From positions 1 through 64,000 of IMG/VR virus record IMGVR_UViG_3300016649_000097: a stretch of DNA of 64,000 nucleotides. One strand, written 5' to 3'. This DNA is from a virus. Lineage: Duplodnaviria > Caudoviricetes. A program made the translations under genes and the position numbers. Shown one piece after another: positions 1 to 9,789 of this stretch. The notes beneath the pieces were generated by a model that was given only the letters and a program-made list of their open reading frames with translations, was not told the origin of the DNA and did not search any database. The first letter of the stretch is position 1, and every line of letters begins with the position of its first letter.

Positions 1-355
1 CTATGGATTCAAAAGAGGTGGCAACTGTTGGAGTTACGCTGTTACTTGCTGCAGATTGAACTGCGCTCCAAGTTCCGGAGGCATTTGCTCCATATACTTT
101 AAATGTATAAGAAGTTCCTCCAGTTAATCCAGTAACAGTAATTGGTGAAGTTGCAGAAGAACCAGTGATTGAACCAGGAGTAGATATCGCAGTAAATGAC
201 GTAGCAGCACCGCCAGTTGCTGCTGCTGTAAACGGAACTGTTGCTTGTTCTGCACCAGCGGTTGCTGTACCAATGGTAGGCGCATCTACAACGTCTTCGA
301 TGGATGTGACTCCAAATTCGACGCTCTTAAGAGATACCCTGTTAGTGATAGTCAC
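1..355 (-). CDS. Fibronectin type III-containing virion/tail protein, 3' end outside window
   Basis: My translation from GTG at 355: VTITNRVS...APTIGTATAG...TVTGLTGGTSYTFKVYGAN...SNSVTP...FESI; FN3 pattern; frame open to window edge; not in ORF track. Confidence 0.75.
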   Translation of the reverse strand, partial: MTITNRVSLKSVEFGVTSIEDVVDAPTIGTATAGAEQATVPFTAAATGGAATSFTAISTPGSITGSSATSPITVTGLTGGTSYTFKVYGANASGTWSAVQSAASNSVTPTVATSFESI

Positions 356-378
356 TGGTAGAAGCCCCTAACTAACTA

Positions 379-708
379 CTAGGAAATTTCAGAGCCGAAT
401 AATGAGAACGATAGAGTTGCTGAAGATGCGTATACGCTAACGACATCTGTTGCTGCTAATGTAATTCCAATCGTTAGCACTGTAGAGTCAGACGCGGCTA
501 CTGTTGCACCATAGACAATGTAGTGCTGGGCTGATACGGCTGCTCCTGCTGGGCGCACTGCGATGCGGTATGTCGCTGCAGTTGCTGCTTGGTTACAGAT
601 TACTATGCTAGAGGCCACTGCTGAAGTTGCCGATGGAACGGTGTACAGGGTGGTTAGCGTTGTTGCTGCTGGGGCTGACTGCCCAAGTGTTTTATATGCT
701 GTTGGCAC
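379..708 (-). CDS. Small beta-rich virion protein
   Basis: ORF 379..747; likely start GTG at 708 after GAAGGAG; TAYKTLGQSAPAATT...LYTVP pattern of phage structural proteins. Confidence 0.75.
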   Translation of the reverse strand: MPTAYKTLGQSAPAATTLTTLYTVPSATSAVASSIVICNQAATAATYRIAVRPAGAAVSAQHYIVYGATVAASDSTVLTIGITLAATDVVSVYASSATLSFSLFGSEIS

Positions 709-781
709 TGCGGCTCCTTCGAAGAGAGATGGGACTAGGTTAGTCAATACTGGGTAAGAATGTGGGCTAAAGTGTAGCCCT

Positions 782-1783
782 ATGAATTTGGTGCATAAAT
801 CGGTATCTCAGGGCGGAAATTTAGCGCCTCTTATAGTACCCCACAACCTGCCAGATAACACTGGCATTATGAACCCATCTATCTTTATCGATGACGATGG
901 CGATATTCTGGTCAATGTCAGGTGCGTTAATTACACCCTCTATATTTCAGAAGAGGACGAAAGATTCTTTAGTCCTTGGGGGCCGCTTACCTATCTGCAT
1001 CCAGAGCGAGACCAGAGACTGGTCACATTTAACTATATGTGCCGCCTTGATAAAGACCTAAAACTCATTAACTCCACTCAGGTAGAAATGCTCAACCTAC
1101 ATACTCCCATTTGGGAGTTCCACGGACTAGAAGACGCCAGGGTTGTTCGATGGGAGGGCGACCTCTACATGATTGGGGTGCGACGTGATACCACAACCAA
1201 TGGTCAAGGTCGCATGGAGTACTCAAAGATTGAATTGGACAAAGAGAAGTGGACTGCCAAGGAGGTCTCACGCGTGCGCATGCCCGCGCCCGTGCACGAG
1301 GACACTTCATATTGTGAAAAGAACTGGATGCCAATCATTGATTTTCCATATCACTTTGTTAAGTGGACTATGCCTACAGAAGTCGTATTCTCTAATCCTG
1401 AAAAGCCAGAGACTTTCCAAGAGTTAACACGAGAGACTCCTACATCTCCTAAAGACCAGCGTGGTGGTTCTCACGTAATTCCTTGGGGCGATTACTATAT
1501 CTGCTTTACTCACGAGGTAGCGCTATGGCGCAACTATTTGAACCAAAAAGATTCGGTCTATAGACATCGCCTTGTTGTTTGGGATAAAGACTTCAACTTC
1601 AAAGGACTAAGTAAAGAGTTTGCATTTATGGATGTAAAGATTGAATTCTGTACAGGCGCTGCAGTCCGAGATAACAACCTACTTGTCAGTTTCTCAGTAG
1701 CAGACAATGCAGCCTTTATATTGGACATTCCTCGTCATGTTGTCAATGAAATGATTACGGAGGCGCTGTCGTATGTCGGTTAA
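782..1783 (+). CDS. Beta-propeller glycoside hydrolase-like protein (GH130/GH43-like fold)
   Basis: NPSI, GLEDARVV, CEKNWMP, RGGS, IEFCTG blade motifs. Confidence 0.6.
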   Translation: MNLVHKSVSQGGNLAPLIVPHNLPDNTGIMNPSIFIDDDGDILVNVRCVNYTLYISEEDERFFSPWGPLTYLHPERDQRLVTFNYMCRLDKDLKLINSTQVEMLNLHTPIWEFHGLEDARVVRWEGDLYMIGVRRDTTTNGQGRMEYSKIELDKEKWTAKEVSRVRMPAPVHEDTSYCEKNWMPIIDFPYHFVKWTMPTEVVFSNPEKPETFQELTRETPTSPKDQRGGSHVIPWGDYYICFTHEVALWRNYLNQKDSVYRHRLVVWDKDFNFKGLSKEFAFMDVKIEFCTGAAVRDNNLLVSFSVADNAAFILDIPRHVVNEMITEALSYVG

Positions 1784-2336
1784 AGACCTAGCAATTGACC
1801 TAGCGTCAGATACTAGAGACCCCAATAAAAACTTTGCATTAGCCGAAGAGTATGAACGGTTAAAACAGCACGCTTCTGCTGCTGGCTTCTTTCTAAGGGC
1901 AGCAGACTTAGGTTACAAGACCAATCCACTATTGACATACACGGCCCTGTTAAAGATGTCCCTCTGCTTTTCAAGACAGAACGACAGAACAGCAACAGTG
2001 CTGACTACGCTGCATAATGCAATTGCCTTTATGCCATCACGACCAGAGGCCTACTTTATATTGGCAAGATTTTATGAGCGCAATAGAGACTGGCATAAGG
2101 CGTATGCATTTGCTGAAATTGGTCTGCAGTTTGCCATGGTTGCAAATCATCTTCCTACACCAGGCTATGTTGAATACAACGGCGTCTACTGTTTAATGTT
2201 TGAAAAGGCCGTCACAAGTTGGTGGATTGGACGCAAAGAAGAGAGCCGTGCTCTTTTCCAGAACCTGCTAGATAACTATGAAATGTCACCTGAATATGTA
2301 TATGGATGCCTCAATAACATGAAGTTGTTTGCATAA
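1773..2336 (+). CDS. TPR-repeat protein
   Basis: Helical repeats, RPEAYFILARFYE, YYxLA-type pattern. Confidence 0.7.
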   Translation: MSVKDLAIDLASDTRDPNKNFALAEEYERLKQHASAAGFFLRAADLGYKTNPLLTYTALLKMSLCFSRQNDRTATVLTTLHNAIAFMPSRPEAYFILARFYERNRDWHKAYAFAEIGLQFAMVANHLPTPGYVEYNGVYCLMFEKAVTSWWIGRKEESRALFQNLLDNYEMSPEYVYGCLNNMKLFA

Positions 2337-2866
2337 TGTTTCCCAATTGGTTTAAGGATGTAGAAAAGTATTTCAGACACGTGCCCAAGGTGCCTCTTCG
2401 TGCTCTTCAAATAGGCACGTATACAGGAGATGCTACTGAGTGGCTGCTTAATAACCGTGAGATAGAAAGACTGCACGATGTTGACACCTGGCAGGGCAGT
2501 GAAGAGTCGGCCCACGATTCTTTGGACTTTTCTTCAGTAGAGGCCTACTACGATTCTAGGTTTAATGACTCACGAATTGTTAAGTTTAAGATGACCAGCG
2601 ATGAGTTCTTCATTGTCAATGAGATGAGTTATAACTTCATCTACATAGATGGCGACCATACCGCTTTACAGACTGCTCTTGATGGGCTCAATGCCTTTAA
2701 ATGGCTAGAAACAGGCGGTGTAATGGCTTTTGATGACTATCTATGGAATTACAACGGTAATCCCTTCTTAGAGCCTAAGAGAGGCGTAGATGCCTTTCTA
2801 GAGGTATGTAAGGGGCAGTATGTATTGATTGAGTCTGGCTATCAGGTCTGGATACAAAAACTATGA
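2336..2866 (+). CDS. Class I SAM-dependent methyltransferase (Methyltransf_24-like)
   Basis: LQIGTYTG motif I, DVDTW, FIYIDGDH, GGVMAFDDY. Confidence 0.85.
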   Translation: MFPNWFKDVEKYFRHVPKVPLRALQIGTYTGDATEWLLNNREIERLHDVDTWQGSEESAHDSLDFSSVEAYYDSRFNDSRIVKFKMTSDEFFIVNEMSYNFIYIDGDHTALQTALDGLNAFKWLETGGVMAFDDYLWNYNGNPFLEPKRGVDAFLEVCKGQYVLIESGYQVWIQKL

Positions 2867-3597
2867 ACGCCTGCTTTGAGGTCTTTCATACTGATACTGG
2901 AAATGAAGTAAGGAATGAAGTTTACAAGGGCATTTTAAAGCGCATGTCGTTCTTACCAAGACTTGGCTCTCCAACTATGTACCTGAATACTGCTGAAAAG
3001 GCAGAAGGCTTTATAAATGAAAATCCAGACTTCAAAGTAAACACCGTATATGACTATGCGCAGCCTGGTGAGACCTTTCCACCTAGTTCTGGAGTGGTAG
3101 GCGTATGGGCTAGTAACTGGTTGGCCTATAAGAACTTTTTAGAAACTGATAAAGATGTCTTGTTTATCTTTGAAGATGACATTGTAATCAGTGCAAACTT
3201 TGCGCCAATAACGCATTTCTACATGCAAGAACTGCCCCTTACTTGGGACTTCTTTTCTTTCTTTGTACCAGACGATTCGTTATTTGCATATAATGAAGAG
3301 CAGCACGACATACTTGAAGACCATGTCTGTAGGTCATACCAACAGTGGTCTTGTGCAGGTTATGCAGTCAGCAGACGTGGTGCAGAAAAGGCATTGAAAG
3401 ACGTAGCCACACGTGGAATAACAGCGCCAGTAGACTGGTATGTGTTTAACTTTAGGATGAAGCAGGAAGCAGACCAGATGAGGTTTGCAACCTACACTTT
3501 AAAGCCAAATGTATACAGGCCAATAAAGTTCTCATTAAAAGCAGCAGTAAACAGCCAAATACATAATGGCAGTACTGAGTTGCTACATACCACCTAG
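2863..3597 (+). CDS. Glycosyltransferase, family 25-like
   Basis: GVWASNWLAY, LFIFEDD, GYAVSRRGAEKAL, APVDW motifs typical of GT25. Confidence 0.7.
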   Translation: MNACFEVFHTDTGNEVRNEVYKGILKRMSFLPRLGSPTMYLNTAEKAEGFINENPDFKVNTVYDYAQPGETFPPSSGVVGVWASNWLAYKNFLETDKDVLFIFEDDIVISANFAPITHFYMQELPLTWDFFSFFVPDDSLFAYNEEQHDILEDHVCRSYQQWSCAGYAVSRRGAEKALKDVATRGITAPVDWYVFNFRMKQEADQMRFATYTLKPNVYRPIKFSLKAAVNSQIHNGSTELLHTT

Positions 3598-4818
3598 CAT
3601 CAAGATATCTGGGACTGTTCCAGTGGCTGCAGTACCTGTAGTTCCCTGCGTACCTTGAGAACCTGTAGTTCCTAAAGTTCCCTGTGTACCTTGGGTTCCT
3701 TGAGCACCAACAGTTCCTTGAGCACCTTGAGTTCCCTGTGCACCGTTAGAACCTACGAAACCTGCAGTACCTTGGGTTCCCTGTGTACCCTGCGTTCCCT
3801 GTGTACCTTGCGCACCGTTTGAACCAACAAAACCTGCAGAACCCTGTACACCCTGTGTTCCCTGTGCACCTACGTCACCAGTTCTAGCAAAAGTAAGAAG
3901 AACAGCGTCTTCATCAGTAAATGAACCATTACCTGATACATAACCAACGGCTACTTCAAAGTAGGTTGCGTTGTCAGTAAGGCTGCTGATTGTGTAGAGA
4001 GCGTATGTATTTGCGTCAGACTTCTTAGAGATTCTTACGTGACCCTTGATAGTGGATGTAGAATCATCAATCGTCTGTAGGTAAGGATGAATGTCTACAG
4101 AAGCAGCATTTATGTCATCAATTGCTAAAATGGTTGCTGAAGAAAGCGCAGCATTATTTAGGCGGATATATGTGTTGCCTGGGTCTGCCATTGTGTACAC
4201 GGCATCGTAGTTATACTCAAATGTAATACCGCCAAAGTTACCTTCTTTACCTTGGGCGCCTTGAGTTCCTAACGAACCTTGAGTGCCTTGTACGCCTTGC
4301 GTACCTTGAGTTCCTTGCGTGCCCTGGGTTCCTTGCGCACCAGTGTCTCCTAAAGTTCCCTGTACGCCCTGAGTGCCTTGAGTTCCTTGTGTTCCCTGAG
4401 TTCCTTGTGTTCCTTGCGAACCAGTAGCACCAGTAGAACCTAATGTTCCCTGAGTTCCCTGCGTACCTTGCGCTCCAGTATCTCCCAAAGTTCCTTGAGT
4501 ACCTTGCGTGCCCTGTACACCCTGAGTTCCTTGAGTGCCCTGGGTACCTTGAGTTCCCTGTGCGCCAGTTTCACCAATAATTCCCTGTACACCTTGAACA
4601 CCTTGTACTCCTTGCGTTCCTTGAACGCCTTGAGTTCCTTGAGTGCCTTGAATACCTTGTAATCCGCCATAAGCGAGCGAGTTCCAAGCAGTAGAGCCAT
4701 TACCAATCTTTAATTTCCCAGTATCGGTCTCAATACCAACTTCACCAGCAGCAAGTGTTGGATTGTTAGTACTCCAGTTTGTCGCTGTTCCACGACGTAA
4801 CTTGATTGTGACTGCCAT
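3583..4818 (-). CDS. Collagen-like fibre protein with N-terminal Mtd_N/hyaluronidase-type domain
   Basis: IKLRRGTATNW...LAAGEVGIETDTGKLKIGNG..WNSLAY head; long (G-X-Y)n of GTQ/GVQ; C-terminal PDILMLGGM. Confidence 0.85.
   Translation of the reverse strand: MAVTIKLRRGTATNWSTNNPTLAAGEVGIETDTGKLKIGNGSTAWNSLAYGGLQGIQGTQGTQGVQGTQGVQGVQGVQGIIGETGAQGTQGTQGTQGTQGVQGTQGTQGTLGDTGAQGTQGTQGTLGSTGATGSQGTQGTQGTQGTQGTQGVQGTLGDTGAQGTQGTQGTQGTQGVQGTQGSLGTQGAQGKEGNFGGITFEYNYDAVYTMADPGNTYIRLNNAALSSATILAIDDINAASVDIHPYLQTIDDSTSTIKGHVRISKKSDANTYALYTISSLTDNATYFEVAVGYVSGNGSFTDEDAVLLTFARTGDVGAQGTQGVQGSAGFVGSNGAQGTQGTQGTQGTQGTAGFVGSNGAQGTQGAQGTVGAQGTQGTQGTLGTTGSQGTQGTTGTAATGTVPDILMLGGM
3872..4250. repeat. Copy 1 of a ~126-codon globular module duplicated between the two collagen-like genes
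   Basis: GKEGNFGGITFEYNYDAVYTMADPGNTYIRLNN...LLTFARTGDVG. Confidence 0.9.
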
Positions 4819-5099
4819 TAGATTACTCCTCCGCCCTCATATGAACTTGTATAGGTATCGCTACCGCCTGCTTCATCGCCACCATCAGCAACAGCAGTAT
4901 AAGCATCACTGCCACTTGTTTCATCTCCACCTTCGATTATGTCATAAGAAGGTGTAGTAGCAATTTCTGTCCAAAGTACTCCGTCAAAAACATAAAGGTT
5001 ATGATTATCAGGATTAAAGTACAAGTCCCCAGCAAATTGACCTACTGGCTCCGTATTCGAAGCCAGTACGTTGAGAGGGACTAGTGCTCTTTTGCTCAT
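4818..5099 (-). CDS. Small acidic virion-associated protein
   Basis: 93-aa ORF tightly packed between fibre genes; GDLYF, DGG repeats. Confidence 0.7.
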   Translation of the reverse strand: MSKRALVPLNVLASNTEPVGQFAGDLYFNPDNHNLYVFDGVLWTEIATTPSYDIIEGGDETSGSDAYTAVADGGDEAGGSDTYTSSYEGGGVI

Positions 5100-5100
5100 G

Positions 5101-7806
5101 TTATGCCTGGACTACTACCTTGTATGTCTGTCCTGAAGTAGGAGCCACTGCAAAGACTACGTCGATGTTGTTGTTATCCACAACGTAGATATCGGTTACA
5201 ACTTCCTGTGGCATACCACCGCTGAAGGTGTCATACACAGTCACTTGAACATTCTGAGTGTTGAGAGCGTGATTAATCACGAACACAGTATCTGAGTAAG
5301 GGTTTGCTGGAGTGATTGTTGTAGCGTACTTGCGTACTACTACCGCTGTATCAATCGCTACATCGTTAGCATTTGCAATGATACCTGTTCCAGCACCAAC
5401 ATTGAATGTGGTTCCAGTAGAGGTAAGACCGTTACCTGCAGTGTAGGCACCTGCACCAGAGAACTGTGTGAAGGTTAGCGCTGTGGTATTAAGAGTAATT
5501 GATTGATTTGTGGCGAGTACGAATCCACAATCTGCGTTTGTTGTACCTTCTTCTACGAAGGTGAAGAGACCTGCGGTTACTTCTGCAGAAGCATTAGCGT
5601 CATCTGTACGCATCAACTCCCATGGAGTGCTGCCATCACCAGCGGTTGCTACAGAGTAGAGACCGTTGTACTTTTCGTTAGAACCAGACTCGTTCTTAAC
5701 AAGGACACGGTTACCTTGAGCAAGATTTACGCCGTCAATTACAAGGGCGCCATTTGCATTTGCAGTAAGAGTTCCGCCACCTGTATTTGAGTAGGTGTAG
5801 GCTGCAAGTGCTGCGGTTGTTGCTGCACGAACAGAGGCCTTGACATCAAGTCCCTGTGCTGTGGAATCCACGTACGCACGGGTAGCGATTGTCGTTGTAT
5901 CAACAGCGATTGTGAAGGTCTGTTGAGCACCGTTGTAGGTGGTCTGAATACCTGTTCCATCAACAACTACTGTGTCTAACGCATCATTTACGCGTTGTAC
6001 AGTGAAGTACTTGTTATTTGTGCCTTCTGGAACATCATCAGTATCAGCAATTGTTGCTGTGATGTCGCTAGTAAGAGCAATAGTACCTGTTGCATCTGGG
6101 AGACTGATTGTATTGTTATCACTAGGAGAGATTGCTTTGAGGGTCGTTGTGTATTGAGCACCTTCAAAACCAGCACCAGTTGTTGCAGTAAAGGCATCAA
6201 ATGAGACCTGGTCTCCAACCTTGGTTAATGCATAACCAGCGGTGATTGGGTCTGTAGTTCCGGTTGCACCTTGAGTACCTTGAGTTCCCTGGGCGCCTAG
6301 TGTTCCCTGTACTCCTTGAGTACCCTGAGCACCGACTGTGCCCTGTGAACCTTGCGCACCATCTAGACCTTGGATACCGTCAGTACCCTGAGTTCCTTGA
6401 GTTCCCTGTGAACCAACAGTTCCCTGTACACCTTGTGTACCTTGGGCTCCTTCAGTTCCTTGAGAACCTTCTGTACCTTGAGAACCGACTGTTCCTTGAG
6501 TTCCTTGGGCGCCTTCTGTACCTTGCGCACCTTCTGTACCCTGGGCTCCTTGAGTTCCTTCTGTACCTTGAACTCCTTGGGTTCCTTGAGTTCCTTGAAC
6601 GCCCTGTTGACCTTCAGTTCCCTGAGTTCCCTGTGTTCCCTGAGTACCTTGGGCTCCAAGAGTACCTTGTGTACCTTGAACGCCTTCAGTTCCTTGAACT
6701 CCTTGAGCACCTTCCGTACCTTGGGCTCCTTGAGCACCGACGTCACCAGTACGAGCAAATGTTAATAGAACATCATCTTCGTCTGTAAATGAGCCGCTAC
6801 CAGAAACATAAGCAATATCAATTTCAAAATATGTTGCGTTATCTGTTAGGCCGCTAATTGTATAAAGTGCAAATGTATTAGCGTCTGACTTTAACGAAAT
6901 CTTTACGTGACCCTTGATTGTTGATGTAGAGTCATCGATTGTTTGTAGATAAGGATGAATATCTACAGAGGCTGCGTTGATATCATCAATTGCAAGTTTT
7001 GTTGCTGAAGAATTTGATGAATTATTAAGGCGAATATAAGTATTGCCTGGGTCAGCCATCGTGTAGACAGCGTCATAGTTGTATTCGAAGGTGACACCAC
7101 CAAACGAACCTTCTTTACCTTGTACACCTTGCGTACCTTCGGCACCCTGTGCACCTTCAGTACCCTGTGTACCTTGTGCACCTAAAGTTCCTTGTGTGCC
7201 TTGTGCACCTTCGGTTCCTTGTACACCTTGCTGTCCTTCAGTTCCCTGAACTCCCTGTGTACCTTGAGTTCCCTGCACTCCTTGTTCACCTTCGGTGCCC
7301 TGTGTTCCCTGAGTACCTTGTGTACCTTGCGCTCCCTCTGCACCTTGTGCACCTTCTGCTCCCTGTGCACCCTCTGCGCCTTGCGCACCTTCAGTTCCTT
7401 GAGCACCAAGAGTTCCTTGGGTTCCTTGCGTACCTTGTGAACCTTCAGTTCCTTGTGTTCCATCAGTACCTTGAGTTCCTTGTGTGCCCTGAGTTCCCTG
7501 TGTGCCTTGCGTACCTTGGGTTCCATTAGCACCATCAAGACCTTGTGCACCAGCAGTGCCCTGCGTACCTTGGGTTCCTTGCGCACCATCAGTTCCTTGG
7601 GTTCCCTGTGTACCTTGGGTTCCTTGGGCTCCTTGACTTGTGTTTACCCATGCAGAACCATTCCAAACACGTAAATAGCCAAGTACAGTGTCAAAGTAGA
7701 TTTGACCAACTACTGGGCTTGATGGGGCAGTAGCCAGGTTTTGAATTCTGGCATTCTGTAATTCTAATTTAGTTAAATCAATAGGGGTTAAAAATTTACG
7801 GGCCAC
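5101..7806 (-). CDS. Large collagen-like fibre/tail protein
   Basis: 901 aa; two long G-T-Q/G-A-Q/G-T-E tracts; C-terminal ATRAYVDSTAQGLDVKASVR...RVLVKNE..NGLY..W tail-fibre-type domain. Confidence 0.85.
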   Translation of the reverse strand: MARKFLTPIDLTKLELQNARIQNLATAPSSPVVGQIYFDTVLGYLRVWNGSAWVNTSQGAQGTQGTQGTQGTDGAQGTQGTQGTAGAQGLDGANGTQGTQGTQGTQGTQGTQGTDGTQGTEGSQGTQGTQGTLGAQGTEGAQGAEGAQGAEGAQGAEGAQGTQGTQGTQGTEGEQGVQGTQGTQGVQGTEGQQGVQGTEGAQGTQGTLGAQGTQGTEGAQGAEGTQGVQGKEGSFGGVTFEYNYDAVYTMADPGNTYIRLNNSSNSSATKLAIDDINAASVDIHPYLQTIDDSTSTIKGHVKISLKSDANTFALYTISGLTDNATYFEIDIAYVSGSGSFTDEDDVLLTFARTGDVGAQGAQGTEGAQGVQGTEGVQGTQGTLGAQGTQGTQGTQGTEGQQGVQGTQGTQGVQGTEGTQGAQGTEGAQGTEGAQGTQGTVGSQGTEGSQGTEGAQGTQGVQGTVGSQGTQGTQGTDGIQGLDGAQGSQGTVGAQGTQGVQGTLGAQGTQGTQGATGTTDPITAGYALTKVGDQVSFDAFTATTGAGFEGAQYTTTLKAISPSDNNTISLPDATGTIALTSDITATIADTDDVPEGTNNKYFTVQRVNDALDTVVVDGTGIQTTYNGAQQTFTIAVDTTTIATRAYVDSTAQGLDVKASVRAATTAALAAYTYSNTGGGTLTANANGALVIDGVNLAQGNRVLVKNESGSNEKYNGLYSVATAGDGSTPWELMRTDDANASAEVTAGLFTFVEEGTTNADCGFVLATNQSITLNTTALTFTQFSGAGAYTAGNGLTSTGTTFNVGAGTGIIANANDVAIDTAVVVRKYATTITPANPYSDTVFVINHALNTQNVQVTVYDTFSGGMPQEVVTDIYVVDNNNIDVVFAVAPTSGQTYKVVVQA
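6740..7118. repeat. Copy 2 of the duplicated globular module
   Basis: GKEGSFGGVTFEYNYDAVYTMADPGNTYIRLNN...LLTFARTGDVG; same length as copy 1. Confidence 0.9.
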
Positions 7807-7816
7807 TCACATCTCC

Positions 7817-8137
7817 TTAAGATAGGTACGCTTTACCACTGAACGCTGCAGCAAATGTGAGAACGATTTGATTCCGATTAGTATAGGCAATTTCGCCCTC
7901 AACGATTGTACCACCTGAATCCACAACCGTGACATTAGGAAAGAAGTCAAGATTGTGAACAATTGTCCAGGTTGCACTGGCTGTTCCCTGCGTATGGGCG
8001 TACGCAAGGTCAGGGACTACTACTTCAGTAACCGTTCCTGGTGTTCCATAAGAGGCTGTTCCAGAAGGTGTAGTAATGCTAATGACGTCATTTACATAAG
8101 TTGTGGCATTAGAGCCTGGTCTTACATATTGACTCAT
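7817..8137 (-). CDS. Small virion protein
   Basis: HTQGTASATWTIVHNLDFFPNVTVVD..G.I.Y..N...LTF..AFSGKAYLS beta-sandwich pattern. Confidence 0.75.
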   Translation of the reverse strand: MSQYVRPGSNATTYVNDVISITTPSGTASYGTPGTVTEVVVPDLAYAHTQGTASATWTIVHNLDFFPNVTVVDSGGTIVEGEIAYTNRNQIVLTFAAAFSGKAYLS

Positions 8138-9198
8138 GGAATGGTCACCTCTTTAGTCACGAAGATTTTACCCGTAACGTACGTCTTTGTAACGCCGTTC
8201 TGGTCAACCATTTGAACATCGTAATAGCATGTCTTTGGAAGTATCCGGGTCTGTGCTTCTGAGAGGTCTAACTGTAAAGTACGAAGGCCTGCTCCATCAC
8301 CTGAACCAACGTCTGGTTTTGTTATTGTAAAAGAAGTTATTAGGGCAGAACTTCCTGGCAATTGTCTAATTTCAGAAGTTGGTGTGTAGTTATCTAATTC
8401 AAAATCAAACACTATGTTGAAGGTATAGTCATCGCCTTCGTAAATGTAAAGGTCTTGAACAATAGCCGTAACAGGAACGTCAACTCCACCATAAGTAGGA
8501 ATTGGTACATAGACACGAGTTGGAGTTGACCTGTCATCGACTTCCATCGGTTGATAGATGGGGACATAACGATTGGTAGTTTTAGAAATTCTGCGAAAAC
8601 TAAAGACGTCAATCTTGTACATACCAATACCAAGTTGATTGCAAAGTTCGCGGTATTGATTTTGACGTGCCTGAATCATCTGCATTAACTGCTGATAACG
8701 TTCAGACCTTGGAATAGTTACACCATCTGGTGCGAATACGTTGATATCAAAGGCTGCGTCATTTGCTAATGCGTGCAAGGCCAAGGTAGATGCGTATACA
8801 ACTACGGGGTACTCTTCAAGAGCAGGCATATTAGTCAATGAGACTGAGCGTCCGTACGCGTCCGTGTGATAAGCACTATGCTCAAGAAAAGCCGTGCTTA
8901 TGTATTGGTCTATTTCAGTATTGGTAAAGTATCTAAAGTAATTTCCAGCAACAACAATTATGTCTCCGTTAGATGGAGTTGTGTCAAATACTATGTACCC
9001 TGTGGCTTCTTCTACTTCGACGTCATCTGACACATTGACGTTATCTTGAATAATTGAGAGATTTAGACCATCTAAGGGTGAATAAGGAACTAGGAACCGG
9101 TTGGTAGTTCCATCGGCTGTAAACTGATACACGAAAGACTTGGGTATATCGCCAATCTCATACCTGAGACGACTTCCAAGGCTAGTTAAATTCGCCAC
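8134..9198 (-). CDS. Putative head-tail adaptor/virion protein
   Basis: 354 aa downstream of capsid gene; C-terminal YEGDDY...YYDVQM...YVTGKIFV Ig-like module. Confidence 0.55.
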   Translation of the reverse strand: MANLTSLGSRLRYEIGDIPKSFVYQFTADGTTNRFLVPYSPLDGLNLSIIQDNVNVSDDVEVEEATGYIVFDTTPSNGDIIVVAGNYFRYFTNTEIDQYISTAFLEHSAYHTDAYGRSVSLTNMPALEEYPVVVYASTLALHALANDAAFDINVFAPDGVTIPRSERYQQLMQMIQARQNQYRELCNQLGIGMYKIDVFSFRRISKTTNRYVPIYQPMEVDDRSTPTRVYVPIPTYGGVDVPVTAIVQDLYIYEGDDYTFNIVFDFELDNYTPTSEIRQLPGSSALITSFTITKPDVGSGDGAGLRTLQLDLSEAQTRILPKTCYYDVQMVDQNGVTKTYVTGKIFVTKEVTIP

Positions 9199-9256
9199 AC
9201 TACCTCCGAAAATAAGTTGTAGGTATTGTCCCTTGTAACCGGAGATTTAACAGCGC

Positions 9257-9310
9257 AAAAAAGGTCCGACCCCCAACTGGGAGGAGGGCGGGAACCAGTT
9301 GAGGGCGGAC
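9257..9310 (-). terminator. Probable intrinsic terminator after capsid block
   Basis: Stem gtccg.ccccaactgg / ccagttgagggcggac followed on the minus strand by a T run (a-run at 9257-9262). Confidence 0.6.
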
Positions 9311-9323
9311 TACTTGCGACGGC

Positions 9324-9707
9324 TTAGTTAGGCCGCCAAATGTACCCAAGTTGTTCTAAGTAATCAGCGATGTGCCGTGGAACACGGTACTTAGCACCTG
9401 ATTTAAATGAATAACTTTGAGGAGTTCCGTTAACCACACCGAATGTCATGTCATCAATATCGGTGATTGTTCGAATGACTACGTACTCATTCGACACTGA
9501 CACACCTACATCTTCGATTTCATCTAAGACGAGTGGGGTTTCTGGTTTCTTTGGGTCGAATATGTCGCGCTCTAGGCTCTCGGCCTCTAACTGATTAGCG
9601 ATTGAGATTTCTTCTTTACGCTTTTTTAACTCTGCAGCGTTCTTCTTTGCTGCTTTTTCGGCTGCAACTCCAGTTGCATCCAATGGACTTGTTGCTTTGT
9701 TTGCCAC
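9324..9707 (-). CDS. Hypothetical head-associated protein
   Basis: 127-aa ORF with GGAG RBS directly after major capsid gene. Confidence 0.75.
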   Translation of the reverse strand: MANKATSPLDATGVAAEKAAKKNAAELKKRKEEISIANQLEAESLERDIFDPKKPETPLVLDEIEDVGVSVSNEYVVIRTITDIDDMTFGVVNGTPQSYSFKSGAKYRVPRHIADYLEQLGYIWRPN

Positions 9708-9740
9708 GGTGTTTATTCTCCTAAACGTTTTAGTTGTTGT

Positions 9741-9775
9741 GTCTGGGGGCCAAAGAAGGAGTATGACCCCCAGAC
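9741..9775 (-). terminator. Stem-loop just after capsid stop codon (terminator or mRNA stabiliser)
   Basis: gtctggggg ... cccccagac perfect 9-bp inverted repeat. Confidence 0.5.
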
Positions 9776-9789
9776 GGTACTGCTAATTA

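Noticed and set aside
3583-4818. Diversity-generating retroelement suggested by the Mtd_N-like domain
   Set aside because: No reverse transcriptase or TR/VR pair with adenine-specific differences in the window.
4440-7733. Many 60-170 aa ORFs in alternative frames and on the plus strand over the collagen genes
   Set aside because: Shadow ORFs generated by the 9-bp periodic G-X-Y repeats.
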